DNA of 64,000 nt from Spirochaetia bacterium (GTDB taxonomy: Bacteria > Spirochaetota > Spirochaetia > CADAEX01): assembly GCA_045606105.1 (NCBI GenBank), contig JAZURI010000002.1, positions 96,001 through 160,000 on the forward strand, read 5' to 3'. The notes under the pieces are model-generated. The model searched no databases and had not been told where the DNA came from. It saw nothing but the letters and a program-made list of their open reading frames with translations. The position numbers and the translations under genes were made by a program. Below are positions 1 through 11,100 of the stretch, in pieces; position 1 is the first letter of the stretch, and every line of letters begins with the position of its first letter.

Positions 1-2385
1 ACCTCCGACATGAATACCATAGAGCAGGGAATCGAAATACTTGCCGAATGGGCAGGAAGAATCTCTATGGAACAGAAAGAGATAGACAAGGAAAGGGGTG
101 TTGTCCTGGAGGAACTTAGACGGGGGAAGGGAGCAGGTGAAAGAATAAGCCGCTTCCACACCGAAAACCTGCTGAAAGGTTCTGTATTTGTAGACAGGGA
201 CCCCATCGGAAAGGCTGAAATACTTAAGAATTTCAAAAGGGAAGAGCTGGTATCCTTCTATACCGACCGCTACAGACCTGAACTTATGGCAGTTATTGCC
301 GTAGGTCAGTTTGATACAGAGCTTATCGAAAAAGAAATCAGGGAAAAGTTTTCTTACCTGAAAAGGGGAAAACCTTTAAAGATTGCCGATAAATCGGTAC
401 CTATTGGCAAAGATCCTGTGGCTGCCGTTTATGCCGACAAGGAGGCTGAAGCAACCGAATTTACCGTTTATTACCGCATTCCTCACGAAAACGTAACCAC
501 GGAACAGCAGTACAGGGCTTCCATAGTAAAGGCTCTTTTCTCAAACATGCTGACAAACAGATATGAGGAACTGAAAAGCAGCAAAAATCCTCCCTTCATT
601 TCTGCCTATTCAGGCTTCGGCTCCATGTTTGATACCATGTCATTCTGTACCGTAGCCGCAACCCTTAAAAATGACAGTGTAATCAGCGGTATTGATGCTG
701 TTACTGCCGAGCTGGCCAGGGTTATCAGACACGGATTCACACAGGGTGAGCTGCAGAGATCCAAGGCCGAACTCATGAGCCTTATGGAAACTGCCTATAA
801 CGAAAGGGAAAAGACCCACTCGTCATCACTTGTTGCCGAATACACCAGAAATTTCCTGGACAACGAAACTATTCCCGGAATTGAAAAGGAATATATGATA
901 TACAAGAAATCCCTTTCCGAAATAACCCTGGAGGAGGTTAACAGCCTGAGACCGGTTTTCGGACAGAAGGAGGGACTCATGGTTCTTCTTACCGGTACTG
1001 AAAAAACGCTGGAGGGAACTGATGATAAAATTCTCATGAAGACCTTTGAAAAGGGTATTTCATCGGAACCGGCCCCTTATGTGGATTCGGCACCGGATTC
1101 CATTGTCATTGACAATATGCCTGAACCGGGAAAAACAAAAAAGATCAGGCATGACCGTAAGAATGATGTAACCACGCTGAAGCTTTCCAACGGATCGGAG
1201 GTAATAATAAAATCCACCGATTTCAGGAACGACCAGATACTTTTCTCAGCCTCATCCTTCGGCGGAAGTTCCTTGGTTTCCGATAAGGATTGGGCATCAT
1301 CAATGGTGGCCTGTGCAGTTGCGGTGAACAGCGGACTCGGCAGCTACGGCAAAACAGAGCTGGACAAGGTTCTTATGGGTAAGAACATATCACTTTCCCC
1401 GTATATTGAAGATTATTCCGAAGGCTTCAGCGGACATTCATCCGTAAGGGACCTGGAAACGGTTTTCCAGCTGATCTACCTTTATTTCACTGCACCGAGA
1501 TTTGACAGGACAGCCTACGATTCCTATATGACCAGACTGGAAAATGCTGTGAAGAATATGGAAAACACACCGGACAAGATCTTCAGCGATGCCTTCAGAA
1601 AAGCACTTTATGAGGGTCATTTCAGAGGAAGGCAGTTTGATGAAAAAATACTTGAAGAAATATCCTTTGAGGCCTGCAGCTCGGTATTCAGAACCAGGTT
1701 TGCCGATCCCGGAGACTTCACCTTTGTTTTTGTAGGAAATACCGATGCTGAAACCATCAGGGAGCTTGCCGAAAAATATATTGCCTCTGTCGGTTCCGTA
1801 AAAAAACGGGAGAAATGGGCCGATGACGGCAAGAGAATATCCGACAAAGGCTCCTCTACAGAAATCTACAAGGGGACCGATGACAAGAGCCAAGTGCTTT
1901 TGCTTATGAAAGGAGACTGCCGGGATTCCGCAAAAACCAGAATAGAGATAGATGCAGTTTCCTACATCCTGGACATCAGACTCCGTGAGAAAATAAGGGA
2001 GGAGATGGGAGGCACCTACAGTATTTCGGCATATCCCTCTTTTGTACAGATTCCTGACTCAAAATATATGATTTATATCATCTTCGGATGCGATCCGGAA
2101 AGAACCGATGAGTTAAGCAAGGCTGTTCTTGAGGAAATAGAAAAGCTGAAGGAGGCTGTTCCGCAGGAGGATCTTGTCAAGTTCAAAGCTGCAAGACTGG
2201 CCGAATATGAAAAGAACCTGAAAGAGAATGCCTACTGGCTTTCAGTTCTGGAGCAGGAAAGCACAGATCTCAATTACGAGAAGCTGATTAACAGGCTGAA
2301 AACAGGCACCCTGAGAAAAAGGGCAGAAAAGTTTTTCGATACTTCGGACATGCTTGTTCTGACACTTTATCCAGAAATTACTTGA
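1..2385 (+). CDS. M16 family zinc peptidase (PqqL-like), 5' truncated by window edge
   Basis: Frame open from base 1. 'EIDKERGVVLEE', 'FYTDRYRPELMAVIAVG', 'LSNGSEVIIK' and 'LREKIREEMGGTYS' are typical of PqqL/M16B. The HxxEH motif would lie upstream of the window. Confidence 0.85.
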   Translation, partial: TSDMNTIEQGIEILAEWAGRISMEQKEIDKERGVVLEELRRGKGAGERISRFHTENLLKGSVFVDRDPIGKAEILKNFKREELVSFYTDRYRPELMAVIAVGQFDTELIEKEIREKFSYLKRGKPLKIADKSVPIGKDPVAAVYADKEAEATEFTVYYRIPHENVTTEQQYRASIVKALFSNMLTNRYEELKSSKNPPFISAYSGFGSMFDTMSFCTVAATLKNDSVISGIDAVTAELARVIRHGFTQGELQRSKAELMSLMETAYNEREKTHSSSLVAEYTRNFLDNETIPGIEKEYMIYKKSLSEITLEEVNSLRPVFGQKEGLMVLLTGTEKTLEGTDDKILMKTFEKGISSEPAPYVDSAPDSIVIDNMPEPGKTKKIRHDRKNDVTTLKLSNGSEVIIKSTDFRNDQILFSASSFGGSSLVSDKDWASSMVACAVAVNSGLGSYGKTELDKVLMGKNISLSPYIEDYSEGFSGHSSVRDLETVFQLIYLYFTAPRFDRTAYDSYMTRLENAVKNMENTPDKIFSDAFRKALYEGHFRGRQFDEKILEEISFEACSSVFRTRFADPGDFTFVFVGNTDAETIRELAEKYIASVGSVKKREKWADDGKRISDKGSSTEIYKGTDDKSQVLLLMKGDCRDSAKTRIEIDAVSYILDIRLREKIREEMGGTYSISAYPSFVQIPDSKYMIYIIFGCDPERTDELSKAVLEEIEKLKEAVPQEDLVKFKAARLAEYEKNLKENAYWLSVLEQESTDLNYEKLINRLKTGTLRKRAEKFFDTSDMLVLTLYPEIT

Positions 2386-2419
2386 AAACTAAGGAAGTAT
2401 ACTTTATACTATATTATTA

Positions 2420-3349
2420 ATGAATCTGGAAGTTTTTGTACTAGGTTCCGGTGGTATGATGCCGCTTCCGAAACGGCACCTGACATCTGTTCTTCTGCGC
2501 AGAGAGGGAGATCTCTTTCTTTTTGACTGCGGTGAAGGGACTCAGGTTTCTCTGAAGAAGCTTAACCTGCGCTGGAAAAACATATCTACAATCTTTATTT
2601 CTCACACCCATGCAGATCATGTGACCGGGCTTCCCGGAATCATGATGCTTTCATCACAGGTTGACAGGACAGAACCTCTTTATATCATAGGTCCTCCTAG
2701 AATCAGGGATTTTGTGGAAGCAAGCATGAAAATTCTTGACATGTACATCAATTATGAGGTCATCATAAAAGAAATAGAGGAGCCGGGAATTGTATACAGC
2801 ACCGAATCCTTTCAGGTTGAGGCCTTCAGGCTGGATCATACAAAACCGTGCTACGGTTATACCTTTACCGAATTTCCCAGGGCAGGAATATTCCATCCCG
2901 ACAAGGCAAGGGAGCTGGGTATTCCCATGGGGGCCATGTGGTCAAGGCTGCAGAAAGGGGAAAACATCACCCTGGATGACGGCAGGATAATCACACCTGA
3001 TATGGTTCTCGGAGAGCAGAGGAAGGGGAGAAAGTTCTCCTTTGTCACAGATACGCTCTCAATGCCGGAAATTGCCCCTAAGGTAACCGGCTCCGATGTA
3101 TTTATCTGTGAGGGCATGTTTGAGGAGGAGCTGGCCGGATCGGCCCATGAGAAGAAGCACATGACAGCGGCAGAGGCAGCCCGTATAGCAGCTTCGGCAG
3201 GTGGGATAAAACAGCTTGGTCTTATCCACTACAGCCCACGCTATACCGACAAGGAGCTCAGGAAGCTTCTTGATGAGGCAAGAGAAATCTTTCCGGATAC
3301 ATTCCTTACAAGGGACGGACAGACACTATCAGTAAAATATGAGGATTAA
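2420..3349 (+). CDS. rnz: Ribonuclease Z
   Basis: Metallo-beta-lactamase HTHADH motif, FDCGEGTQ, exosite 'GIPMGAMWSRLQKG', HMT and HYSPRY motifs. Confidence 0.95.
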   Translation: MNLEVFVLGSGGMMPLPKRHLTSVLLRREGDLFLFDCGEGTQVSLKKLNLRWKNISTIFISHTHADHVTGLPGIMMLSSQVDRTEPLYIIGPPRIRDFVEASMKILDMYINYEVIIKEIEEPGIVYSTESFQVEAFRLDHTKPCYGYTFTEFPRAGIFHPDKARELGIPMGAMWSRLQKGENITLDDGRIITPDMVLGEQRKGRKFSFVTDTLSMPEIAPKVTGSDVFICEGMFEEELAGSAHEKKHMTAAEAARIAASAGGIKQLGLIHYSPRYTDKELRKLLDEAREIFPDTFLTRDGQTLSVKYED

Positions 3350-3366
3350 ATTATGGAGACAAATTT

Positions 3367-4299
3367 ATGATACATGTGGAAAATATTGAAAAGATTTACG
3401 GCAAGTTCAAGGCTGTGAACAATGTTTCCTTTGATATTGGCAGAGGAGAAATCGTAGGTCTTCTCGGTCCGAACGGAGCAGGTAAGACCACCATCATGAA
3501 GATTCTTACCGGATACCATTATCCTACAAGCGGAAATGCCATTCTTAACGGTTACAGCATTTATGACAATCCGCTGAAGATAAAGGAATCCACAGGATAC
3601 CTTCCTGAAATGGCTCCACTGTACGATGATCTTACAGTAATCGAATATCTTGATTTCATGGCTGATATCAGGAAAGTAAGCAAGGATATAAAGAAAAGGG
3701 AAATAGAAAGGGTAATCGCGGAATGCGGGCTCTCTCCTGTGGTTTACAGGGGAATCGGCAAGCTTTCCAAGGGATACAGACAGAGAACAGGACTGGCCCA
3801 GGCCATTATCCATTCTCCGGAAATCCTTATCCTGGACGAACCTACCACCGGTCTCGACCCTAACCAGATCATCGAGATCAGAAAGCTTATCTCAGATATC
3901 GGCAAGGAAAAGACAGTCATCCTTTCCACCCACATCCTCCAGGAGGTTGAAGCAGTCTGCAACAGGGTTCTCATCCTCAACCGCGGAAATATTGTGGCCG
4001 AGGGTACTCCGGACAAGATCAGGGATGAAGTGAAAGAAGACGAAAAATATACCGTTGAAATCATAGGCAAGGCAGATATTACTTCACTTGAAAAGCTGGA
4101 CTCTGTTCTCGGAATCATTTCCGAAGAGACAGCAGACGGAAAGACCATCATCAAGCTTTCCACAAGAAAGCAGTACGATGCCGGTGCGGAAATCTTCGAC
4201 TGGGCCGTTTCCGGAGGCCACAGGCTTACAGCCCTGGTACCGGAGCAGACAAGCCTTGAGGATATTTTCAGGATTCTTACAAAAAAGGCGGGGGTGTAA
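3367..4299 (+). CDS. ABC transporter ATP-binding subunit (GldA-like)
   Basis: Walker A GPNGAGKT, signature LSKGYRQR, ILDEPTTGLDPNQ. Confidence 0.9.
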   Translation: MIHVENIEKIYGKFKAVNNVSFDIGRGEIVGLLGPNGAGKTTIMKILTGYHYPTSGNAILNGYSIYDNPLKIKESTGYLPEMAPLYDDLTVIEYLDFMADIRKVSKDIKKREIERVIAECGLSPVVYRGIGKLSKGYRQRTGLAQAIIHSPEILILDEPTTGLDPNQIIEIRKLISDIGKEKTVILSTHILQEVEAVCNRVLILNRGNIVAEGTPDKIRDEVKEDEKYTVEIIGKADITSLEKLDSVLGIISEETADGKTIIKLSTRKQYDAGAEIFDWAVSGGHRLTALVPEQTSLEDIFRILTKKAGV

Positions 4300-4300
4300 A

Positions 4301-5014
4301 GTGAACGTAAAAGGACTTATCAAAAAAGAGCTTAAAGCATATTTCAACTCCCCGATGGCATATCTGGTGGTGCTGTTCTTCATACTCAGCCTCAACATCT
4401 TCTTTTTCTTCTTCGGACAGTTCTTTGCCAACGATAACGCATCCATGAGAAACTACTTCTCCATTATGCCTATCCTTTTTATCCTTATACTGCCGGCCAT
4501 CAGCATGAGAAGCTGGGCAGAGGAGAGAAAGCTCAGGACAGATGAGCTTCTTTTTACCCTTCCTCTCAGCGAGTTCGAGATTGTAATGGGAAAATTCCTC
4601 AGTGCCGTTTTCCTTCTTTGCATGATGATTATCCTTACATTCCCGGTTCCGATAATGCTCAACATGTTCGGAAGCTTTGAAAGAGGACAGATTATCGGAG
4701 AATACATCGGAACATTCCTTCTGGGTATTTCAGGCCTTGCGGTGGGACAGTTCATCTCCTCCAGGACCTCAAACCAGATCAGTGCATATATCTTCAGCGT
4801 AGTGGTGCTTATCTTCATCACATTCATCGGAGATATCACCATGATGATCAACATCAATCCGGCAGTGGGAAAAATCTTCAGCTACCTTTCACTCAGCACC
4901 CACTTTGCATCCTTTGAGAAGGGTATATTTGACACAAGGGACTTTGCATATTTCACTATCATAACCAGTCTCTTCCTGTACCTGAACATCAAGGTAATCA
5001 AATTAAAGAAGTGA
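4301..5014 (+). CDS. ABC-2 permease (GldF-like)
   Basis: GTG start right after the ATPase stop. 'KELKAYFNSPMAY' and 'SMRSWAEERKLRTDELL'; about six hydrophobic segments. Confidence 0.85.
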   Translation: MNVKGLIKKELKAYFNSPMAYLVVLFFILSLNIFFFFFGQFFANDNASMRNYFSIMPILFILILPAISMRSWAEERKLRTDELLFTLPLSEFEIVMGKFLSAVFLLCMMIILTFPVPIMLNMFGSFERGQIIGEYIGTFLLGISGLAVGQFISSRTSNQISAYIFSVVVLIFITFIGDITMMININPAVGKIFSYLSLSTHFASFEKGIFDTRDFAYFTIITSLFLYLNIKVIKLKK

Positions 5015-5024
5015 GGCGGAAAAC

Positions 5025-6530
5025 ATGAACAACAAGAAAAAAGAGATAATTTTAGCAGTTCTGGTTTTTGCGGCCGCCATACTTCTGGCCCTTAACACAA
5101 CCAGGTATTTCGGAAGAATAGACATGACCGAAAACAAGTCATTCACAATTTCGGCAGCCACCAAGGAATATATCAAGACTATTCCTGAGCAGGTTAACAT
5201 CACCTATTTCATTTCCGACAAGATCAGGACCATTACTCCTGCTGCAGCCCAGATCGAGGATATCCTTTTCGAATATGCGGCAAACTCCAGGGGTCATATT
5301 GTTTCAAGCTCCGTGGATCCTGCAAAGAATTTCATGGACAGCTATGCAAAGAAGATGGGTATCACCGCCCAGCAGGTTGAAATCTACGACAGGAACGAAA
5401 GGGCATACTCCACCGTTTTCTCAGGTATCCTTATCCAGTATCTGGACAGGACAGAGGCAATTCCTTTTATCCTTGACCTTTCAAACCTTGAATACGAGGT
5501 TACCAGCACCATCCAGAAGCTGGTAGAAAACAGGACAACAAAAATCGCACTCCTGACAGGTAACGACAAGAATACGGTCGATTACTACTATACCTTCCTC
5601 AATGAGGCCATGAAACTCTCCGGAGAGGTGGTTGTACAGGAAAGGGGAAAGGAAATCGACAGCTCCGTATCGGTTCTTTTTGTGCTCGGAAACATGGATA
5701 TAACAGAGGAAGAGCTCCGTCCGGTGGACAGGTACATGATGAACGGAGGAAAGGTCATTTTCCTGGTGGACGGTGTCCATGTTGACATGCTCGACAACCT
5801 GAAGGCAACCAAGATCGAGAACAACCCTTGCATCAACATGCTGAAAAAATGGGGAATTACCGTAAACAACAACATGGTTCTTGACAAGTACTGCAAGAAA
5901 ATCACCATGAAGGACCAGCTTCCTATAAACTATCCTCAGTGGCTCAGTATAAACAGCAAGTATGTATCAAAGGATAACCCGATCACAGCCGGCTTTGTCA
6001 GTCTGGACATGATGTGGGCCAGCTCCATTGACATCACCCCTGCGGAAGGACTCAGCTACGAGAAGCTTCTTTCCTCCACTGAAGAATCATGGCTCCTTAC
6101 AGACTATCTTACAGGAAGTCCTTACGAAGCCTATACCACCCAGAACGTGGCCCAGGAAACCAAGGGCTCCCATGCTCTTGCCTATGCAGTTACAGGCTCT
6201 TTCGCAAGTGCCTACGGCCAGGGAAAATCTCCTGACACAAAAATCATTGTAGTCAGCGATGCAGACTTCATCTCAAACCTTCTTGAATATACCGAAAGCC
6301 CTGCAAACATGCTTTTTGCGGAAAATGCAGTGGAATGGCTTACCAACGACAGCTTCATGAACATAAAGACAAGAAGCATGAGGGACGTGAGACTCAACAA
6401 GATTACCGACATGAGTGACAAGCTCAGAGCAATTATCGCGGTTTATGCGGTTAATATCATTATCATTCCGGCCGGAATCATTTTCTACGGTATATTCAGA
6501 TATGTGAGACGTAAAAGAAAGGATGCGTAA
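5025..6530 (+). CDS. GldG-family ABC auxiliary protein (GIFT/IFT52-like domain)
   Basis: N- and C-terminal TM helices, 'RIDMTENKSFTIS', 'YMMNGGKVIFLVD', 'IIVVSDADF', 'NMLFAENAVEWL'. Confidence 0.85.
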   Translation: MNNKKKEIILAVLVFAAAILLALNTTRYFGRIDMTENKSFTISAATKEYIKTIPEQVNITYFISDKIRTITPAAAQIEDILFEYAANSRGHIVSSSVDPAKNFMDSYAKKMGITAQQVEIYDRNERAYSTVFSGILIQYLDRTEAIPFILDLSNLEYEVTSTIQKLVENRTTKIALLTGNDKNTVDYYYTFLNEAMKLSGEVVVQERGKEIDSSVSVLFVLGNMDITEEELRPVDRYMMNGGKVIFLVDGVHVDMLDNLKATKIENNPCINMLKKWGITVNNNMVLDKYCKKITMKDQLPINYPQWLSINSKYVSKDNPITAGFVSLDMMWASSIDITPAEGLSYEKLLSSTEESWLLTDYLTGSPYEAYTTQNVAQETKGSHALAYAVTGSFASAYGQGKSPDTKIIVVSDADFISNLLEYTESPANMLFAENAVEWLTNDSFMNIKTRSMRDVRLNKITDMSDKLRAIIAVYAVNIIIIPAGIIFYGIFRYVRRKRKDA

Positions 6531-6535
6531 ATAAA

Positions 6536-7489
6536 ATGAAATTCAGAACTAAAATAATAAGCTTATCGGCAGCAATAATTATCCTTGCAGGAACATATTT
6601 CCTGGGCGGTGTATTCTCGGCACAGAGCAATGTGGACAAGCTCTCCATGATTCCGTTGTTTGATACCTCACTCAAGGAAAATCTTTCCGGTGTAAAGGTT
6701 TCCACCACAGACGGAAATCTCATGCTTGAAAAGAAGGGTAAGGATGAATGGATTGTAAGAATCGATGACCAGGTAACATATCCTGCCTCCAATGTCAGGA
6801 TCGAAAGCCTTGTGACATCTGTCTTCGATGTAACAAAGTTCAAGCTCATAGGACACGGTGAAAAGTACTGGCCAGAATTCCAGCTTGAGGAAAACAGGGC
6901 CGATACAGTCGAGGTTTTCGTAGGGGGAGAATCAAAGTTCACTCTCTATGTGGGAAAGGAGGGTCCCGGCAGGAAGGGCGATTATGTAAGGTCCTCCCTT
7001 TCCGATGAAATCTATCTTACCGATGCCACCATGCAGCGCCATTTCGGCAAGGAGCCTAAATACTGGTTCAACATGCGTCTTTTCCCTGAAAAATATATCG
7101 GAGAGGATATGTTTGCCATCAACATCACCGACATAGCCGGCAACAAGATATCCATCAAGAAGGACAGACCGGACAAGAAGGGACAGTGGGCAAACCTTAT
7201 CGACAAGACAAAGGTTCCTGTAAAGTTCGGTGCCGATACAATTGCCAACAACATTGCAATGCTTGAAGCGGAGAACTTCATCAATGGTTCCGACCCGATC
7301 AACCCTAATGCAGTCATCGAGGTGGACAGTGCCGAATTCGGACACATCATCTTCGACTGTCAGAGAATTGTGGACGGGGAAAGATACATGTATGTAATCA
7401 AGAAAAGGGGAGACTCCTTCATGTACCTTATTCCGGAAGACAAGATGCTCCCGATTCTCTTCCCTAAAGATCTTTACAAAGAAGAGTAA
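6536..7489 (+). CDS. DUF4340-like membrane-anchored protein
   Basis: N-terminal anchor, 'W..YPA', 'LYVGKEGP..DYVR'; usual fourth gene after gldAFG-like genes. Confidence 0.7.
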   Translation: MKFRTKIISLSAAIIILAGTYFLGGVFSAQSNVDKLSMIPLFDTSLKENLSGVKVSTTDGNLMLEKKGKDEWIVRIDDQVTYPASNVRIESLVTSVFDVTKFKLIGHGEKYWPEFQLEENRADTVEVFVGGESKFTLYVGKEGPGRKGDYVRSSLSDEIYLTDATMQRHFGKEPKYWFNMRLFPEKYIGEDMFAINITDIAGNKISIKKDRPDKKGQWANLIDKTKVPVKFGADTIANNIAMLEAENFINGSDPINPNAVIEVDSAEFGHIIFDCQRIVDGERYMYVIKKRGDSFMYLIPEDKMLPILFPKDLYKEE

Positions 7490-8102
7490 AAATCTGACGG
7501 TGGATTTCCTCTCTGGACAATCTGCCGTCGATTACATGAATTTTCATGGGAGAGTCCTTGTACAGCTCAAGGACCTTCCTGTAATTTGCATCAATTTTTT
7601 TCTGAAATTCCAGCTTTTCGAAAATCTCGGCCGCTTCACCTCTTGCTGCTCTTCTTTTTTCACACTCTTCGGGAGAAAGCTCTATAAAGAAAAGATGCTC
7701 CGGCAGCGGATAGAAGCTGTTCAGCTTAGCAACAGTATCAAAATCCACATCCATGGACTGGTATGCCAGGCTTGAAAAAAGATATCTGTCACAGATGACC
7801 TTTGTTCCGGCCTCTGCCAGGGCCTTTATCCCTTTTTCTCCGTTGACATGTTCATTCCTGTCGGCCGAAAAGAGGAGGGCCAGTGTAAAGGGATCCACAG
7901 TTACCTTGCTTCCCAGGATTTCCCTGATAAAGCGGCCTATATGACCGGATGTAGGCTCGTTGGTCCTGAAAGCCGGGATTCCTTCCTGCTCCAGACGGCT
8001 GCAGAGCATGTCAAGCTGAGTTGTGGTACCGGCTCCGTCAAGCCCCTCAAGCACGATAAAATTCCTGATTATATTCTTAAACTTATATTCATTCATAGAC
8101 AT
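7464..8102 (-). CDS. tmk: Thymidylate kinase
   Basis: FIVLEGLDGAGTTTQ P-loop, EPT, LLFSADR, CDRYLFSSLAYQ. The start may be 8096. Confidence 0.93.
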   Translation of the reverse strand: MSMNEYKFKNIIRNFIVLEGLDGAGTTTQLDMLCSRLEQEGIPAFRTNEPTSGHIGRFIREILGSKVTVDPFTLALLFSADRNEHVNGEKGIKALAEAGTKVICDRYLFSSLAYQSMDVDFDTVAKLNSFYPLPEHLFFIELSPEECEKRRAARGEAAEIFEKLEFQKKIDANYRKVLELYKDSPMKIHVIDGRLSREEIHRQIFTLLCKDL

Positions 8103-8190
8103 TTTATATTTATATTAAATATATAAAAAAAAATATATAAAAAAACGAGAAATATTTTTGATTATAATGTATACTTGAAGATGGGTAATT

Positions 8191-11100
8191 ATGCGCAGCG
8201 GATATAACTTCGGCATAAAAAAAGTTCTTATTCTCATGATAGCGGCAGCAGTGGCTGTCCTTACTTCATATTATGTCCGCATCAACGCAGAAGCCATTGC
8301 CCTTGAAAACAGGAATGCCATCATAGAATACTTTGAGAACAGGCTCGGACGCAACCTGAAATATTCCACGGTAGATCCTTTTTTCGTAAACTCCATAACT
8401 ATCCACGACATAGAAATAACCGACGACCTGGGCCGCCGGCTCCTTAAAGGGGATGAGCTTAAGATCAGGTTCAACCTTTTCCGTTATCTCTTCAAGAAGG
8501 AATTCATCATTTCGGGTGTCAGGCTTGAAAACGGAAACATCAATTTCATCCAGGCTGCCGATTCAGATATCTTTTTCGGCAATGATTCCGCCGATAATGA
8601 AGAAACCGGCAACGGGAAACCGGCAAGAAAACTCCGCAACTTCAGGTTTTCAGGAAAAAACATAACTGCAGATTTTCTTACGGAATACGGAAGCATCAGA
8701 TTCGAAAGACTCTACAGCAACATGACCACAACTCCCGAAACCCATCTTTTTGATGCCCACGGAACCATATCCGGAAGAAACATAACCCTTCCTGTCATCG
8801 GCAACTTCAGAACCGGCTTCGAGCTCAAGGCAGACCTTTCACGCAGCAACAACATCGGGGATCTGGATATCGATATCAAAAACTTCTCCTCCGATGTCCT
8901 CAATACCGGAAAGCTGTCACTCCATGCATACTACAATGACGGCAATCTTGAAATAAGGAATGTGGAGGACAGTACTCCTATAGACTATGAACTCAGATAC
9001 TACAAGGAATCGGGAAGAACCGAATTCAGAACCGTATTCGAGAATTTCAGGCTTTCGGACAATATCGTATTTGTCCAGAAATACCAGAAATACAACAGAT
9101 ATGCAAAAGGAGAGGCCAACGGAAACTTCAGCATTGTCCATACACCAAAAAACGTGGAAAAATATGCCTATTCCGGCGATATGGCAATCTCTTTCAGAAA
9201 TACAAACATCCCTTACAGACCTGAATGTCATCTGAACTTCACCGGAATTGACGAGAAAATCAATTTCAGAGCCCTTACCATGGAAACCGATAAAGGAAAC
9301 GGTGCTTATCACGGAACCATCGATATTGCCGAGAAATCGGCAGAGGGAGATCTTCTCCTGGACAACTTCAATATCGGAAACGACATCCAGGTCAGCACCA
9401 GGTTCGATATATCAAAGTCCGGCGACAATACACTGCTGCAGTCAGAAAGTCTCGACATAAACGGATATGACCTGGGCAGCTGCACCATCAAGGCCGATAC
9501 CGGAAGCATGAAGGGAGAGCTTTCTGTTTCAAAGAACGGCATCCGTAACCTCAGCATCAGGGGAGAACAGATTCCGGGAAAGAACTACAGAGGATATATC
9601 ACCACTGAGCGCCTGGATCTTAAAGCGGCAGAAGCAGCCCTGAACAGGAACCTGATTCCAGGCTTTATCCGCATGGACCTTGATTCAGAGCTCTTCTTCA
9701 TTACCACCGGCGACAATCTCTATGTCAGCGGCAGGGATCTTCTGGTTTCCGACAGAAATGACAGGAGCAATTTTCTCAGGTTTTCTGTTTCATCAACACT
9801 GGATGACATGTCTGTGAATGATATTGCATTAAAGTACGGCAAGGCTGAGGGAAGCGGATTTCTCAACATCACCGACATGAGAAAGGATACATCCCTCTTC
9901 CGGTCCATTGTTTCCGTAAATGAGATAAATTATGAATTCAAGGGTTTTATGAACAAAGGGGAGAGCCTTTATCTTTCAGGAACTCCGGGCTTCACCCTTT
10001 CTGCCTATTTCCCTGATGATAAAAGCTCTGTATTTACATGCAGGACCAGGGATTTTCCGGTTTATATCAAAAACTGCAAGAGTATATTCAATCTCAATAT
10101 CAACGGCTCAACCGAAGAGGGAAAGCTTCCGGCAGTCAATATAACAAACAGTTCGGTTTCCAATCTTTTCTTCCTCAGGGGCTCCGACAACAGGATTACC
10201 GTCAACGGCAATCTCAGAAACAACAGTCTCAGGCTTTCATCCCTCAGGATAAAGGATGCATTTTCCACAGTTACCGGAACCGGAGAAGGGGTCTTTACCG
10301 ACAAGGCCAATATGGGCGGATGGTTCAGGGGAACAGGAAGCTCACCTGATGAGCATTATGTCATCAACCTCAGTCTGAAGGACAACAACATAGGGCTTGA
10401 TGCCGAAATAGTGAATTCACGGCTGGAGCGCTTCATACATATCCCTGTTACAGGCAGCCTTTCCGGCTCCGTCAATGTATCGGGAACCATGGATTCTCCG
10501 GAATTCAGCATAGATGCAGATATCAGGAAGGGAACCATTTTCAGGGAGCCTATGGAATTCGCCACCTCAATTTCCGTAACCAGGGACAGATCGGAAATAA
10601 AGTCCTTCAATGGTTATCTCGGCAGTGTTGATATTCTTTCAACCTTCGGATTCATCGACTGGACCGAAGGAATCTATAACCTGGACTCAAATATTGTCCT
10701 CAATTCCAAAATTGACGATTCCTCCGCCGAGGCACTCTTCTCCACCTCAGGCATCATAGAGGAGGAGGGCTCCTGGATAATCAACCCGGCAACCACAAAG
10801 AACCGGGGAAAAATGCAACTTTCTTCTCCTTCGGCTGTTTTGATTGGGTACAGGGAGTGGAAGTTCGATTATTCCAACGACGGAGAGATATTTACCCTGA
10901 ACGGAGGACCTTACGAAAACTCTGTTTCAGGACGGTATTTCTCGGACGGAAATTTCGACCTTAATCTCAAGGCTCCTCTGTTCATAACCGGAGATGTGAA
11001 AGGTACCCTTAAAGACGGATATATGGATGCACTTATAAACAATGCCTATGTTGATCTCGGATCTGTAGGTCAGCTTCTCAAGGACTCCTACTTCACACCT

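Noticed and set aside
4088-4300. N-terminal extension of the permease ORF in the ORF track
   Set aside because: It overlaps the ATPase gene by about 210 nt; family-like sequence begins at GTG 4301.
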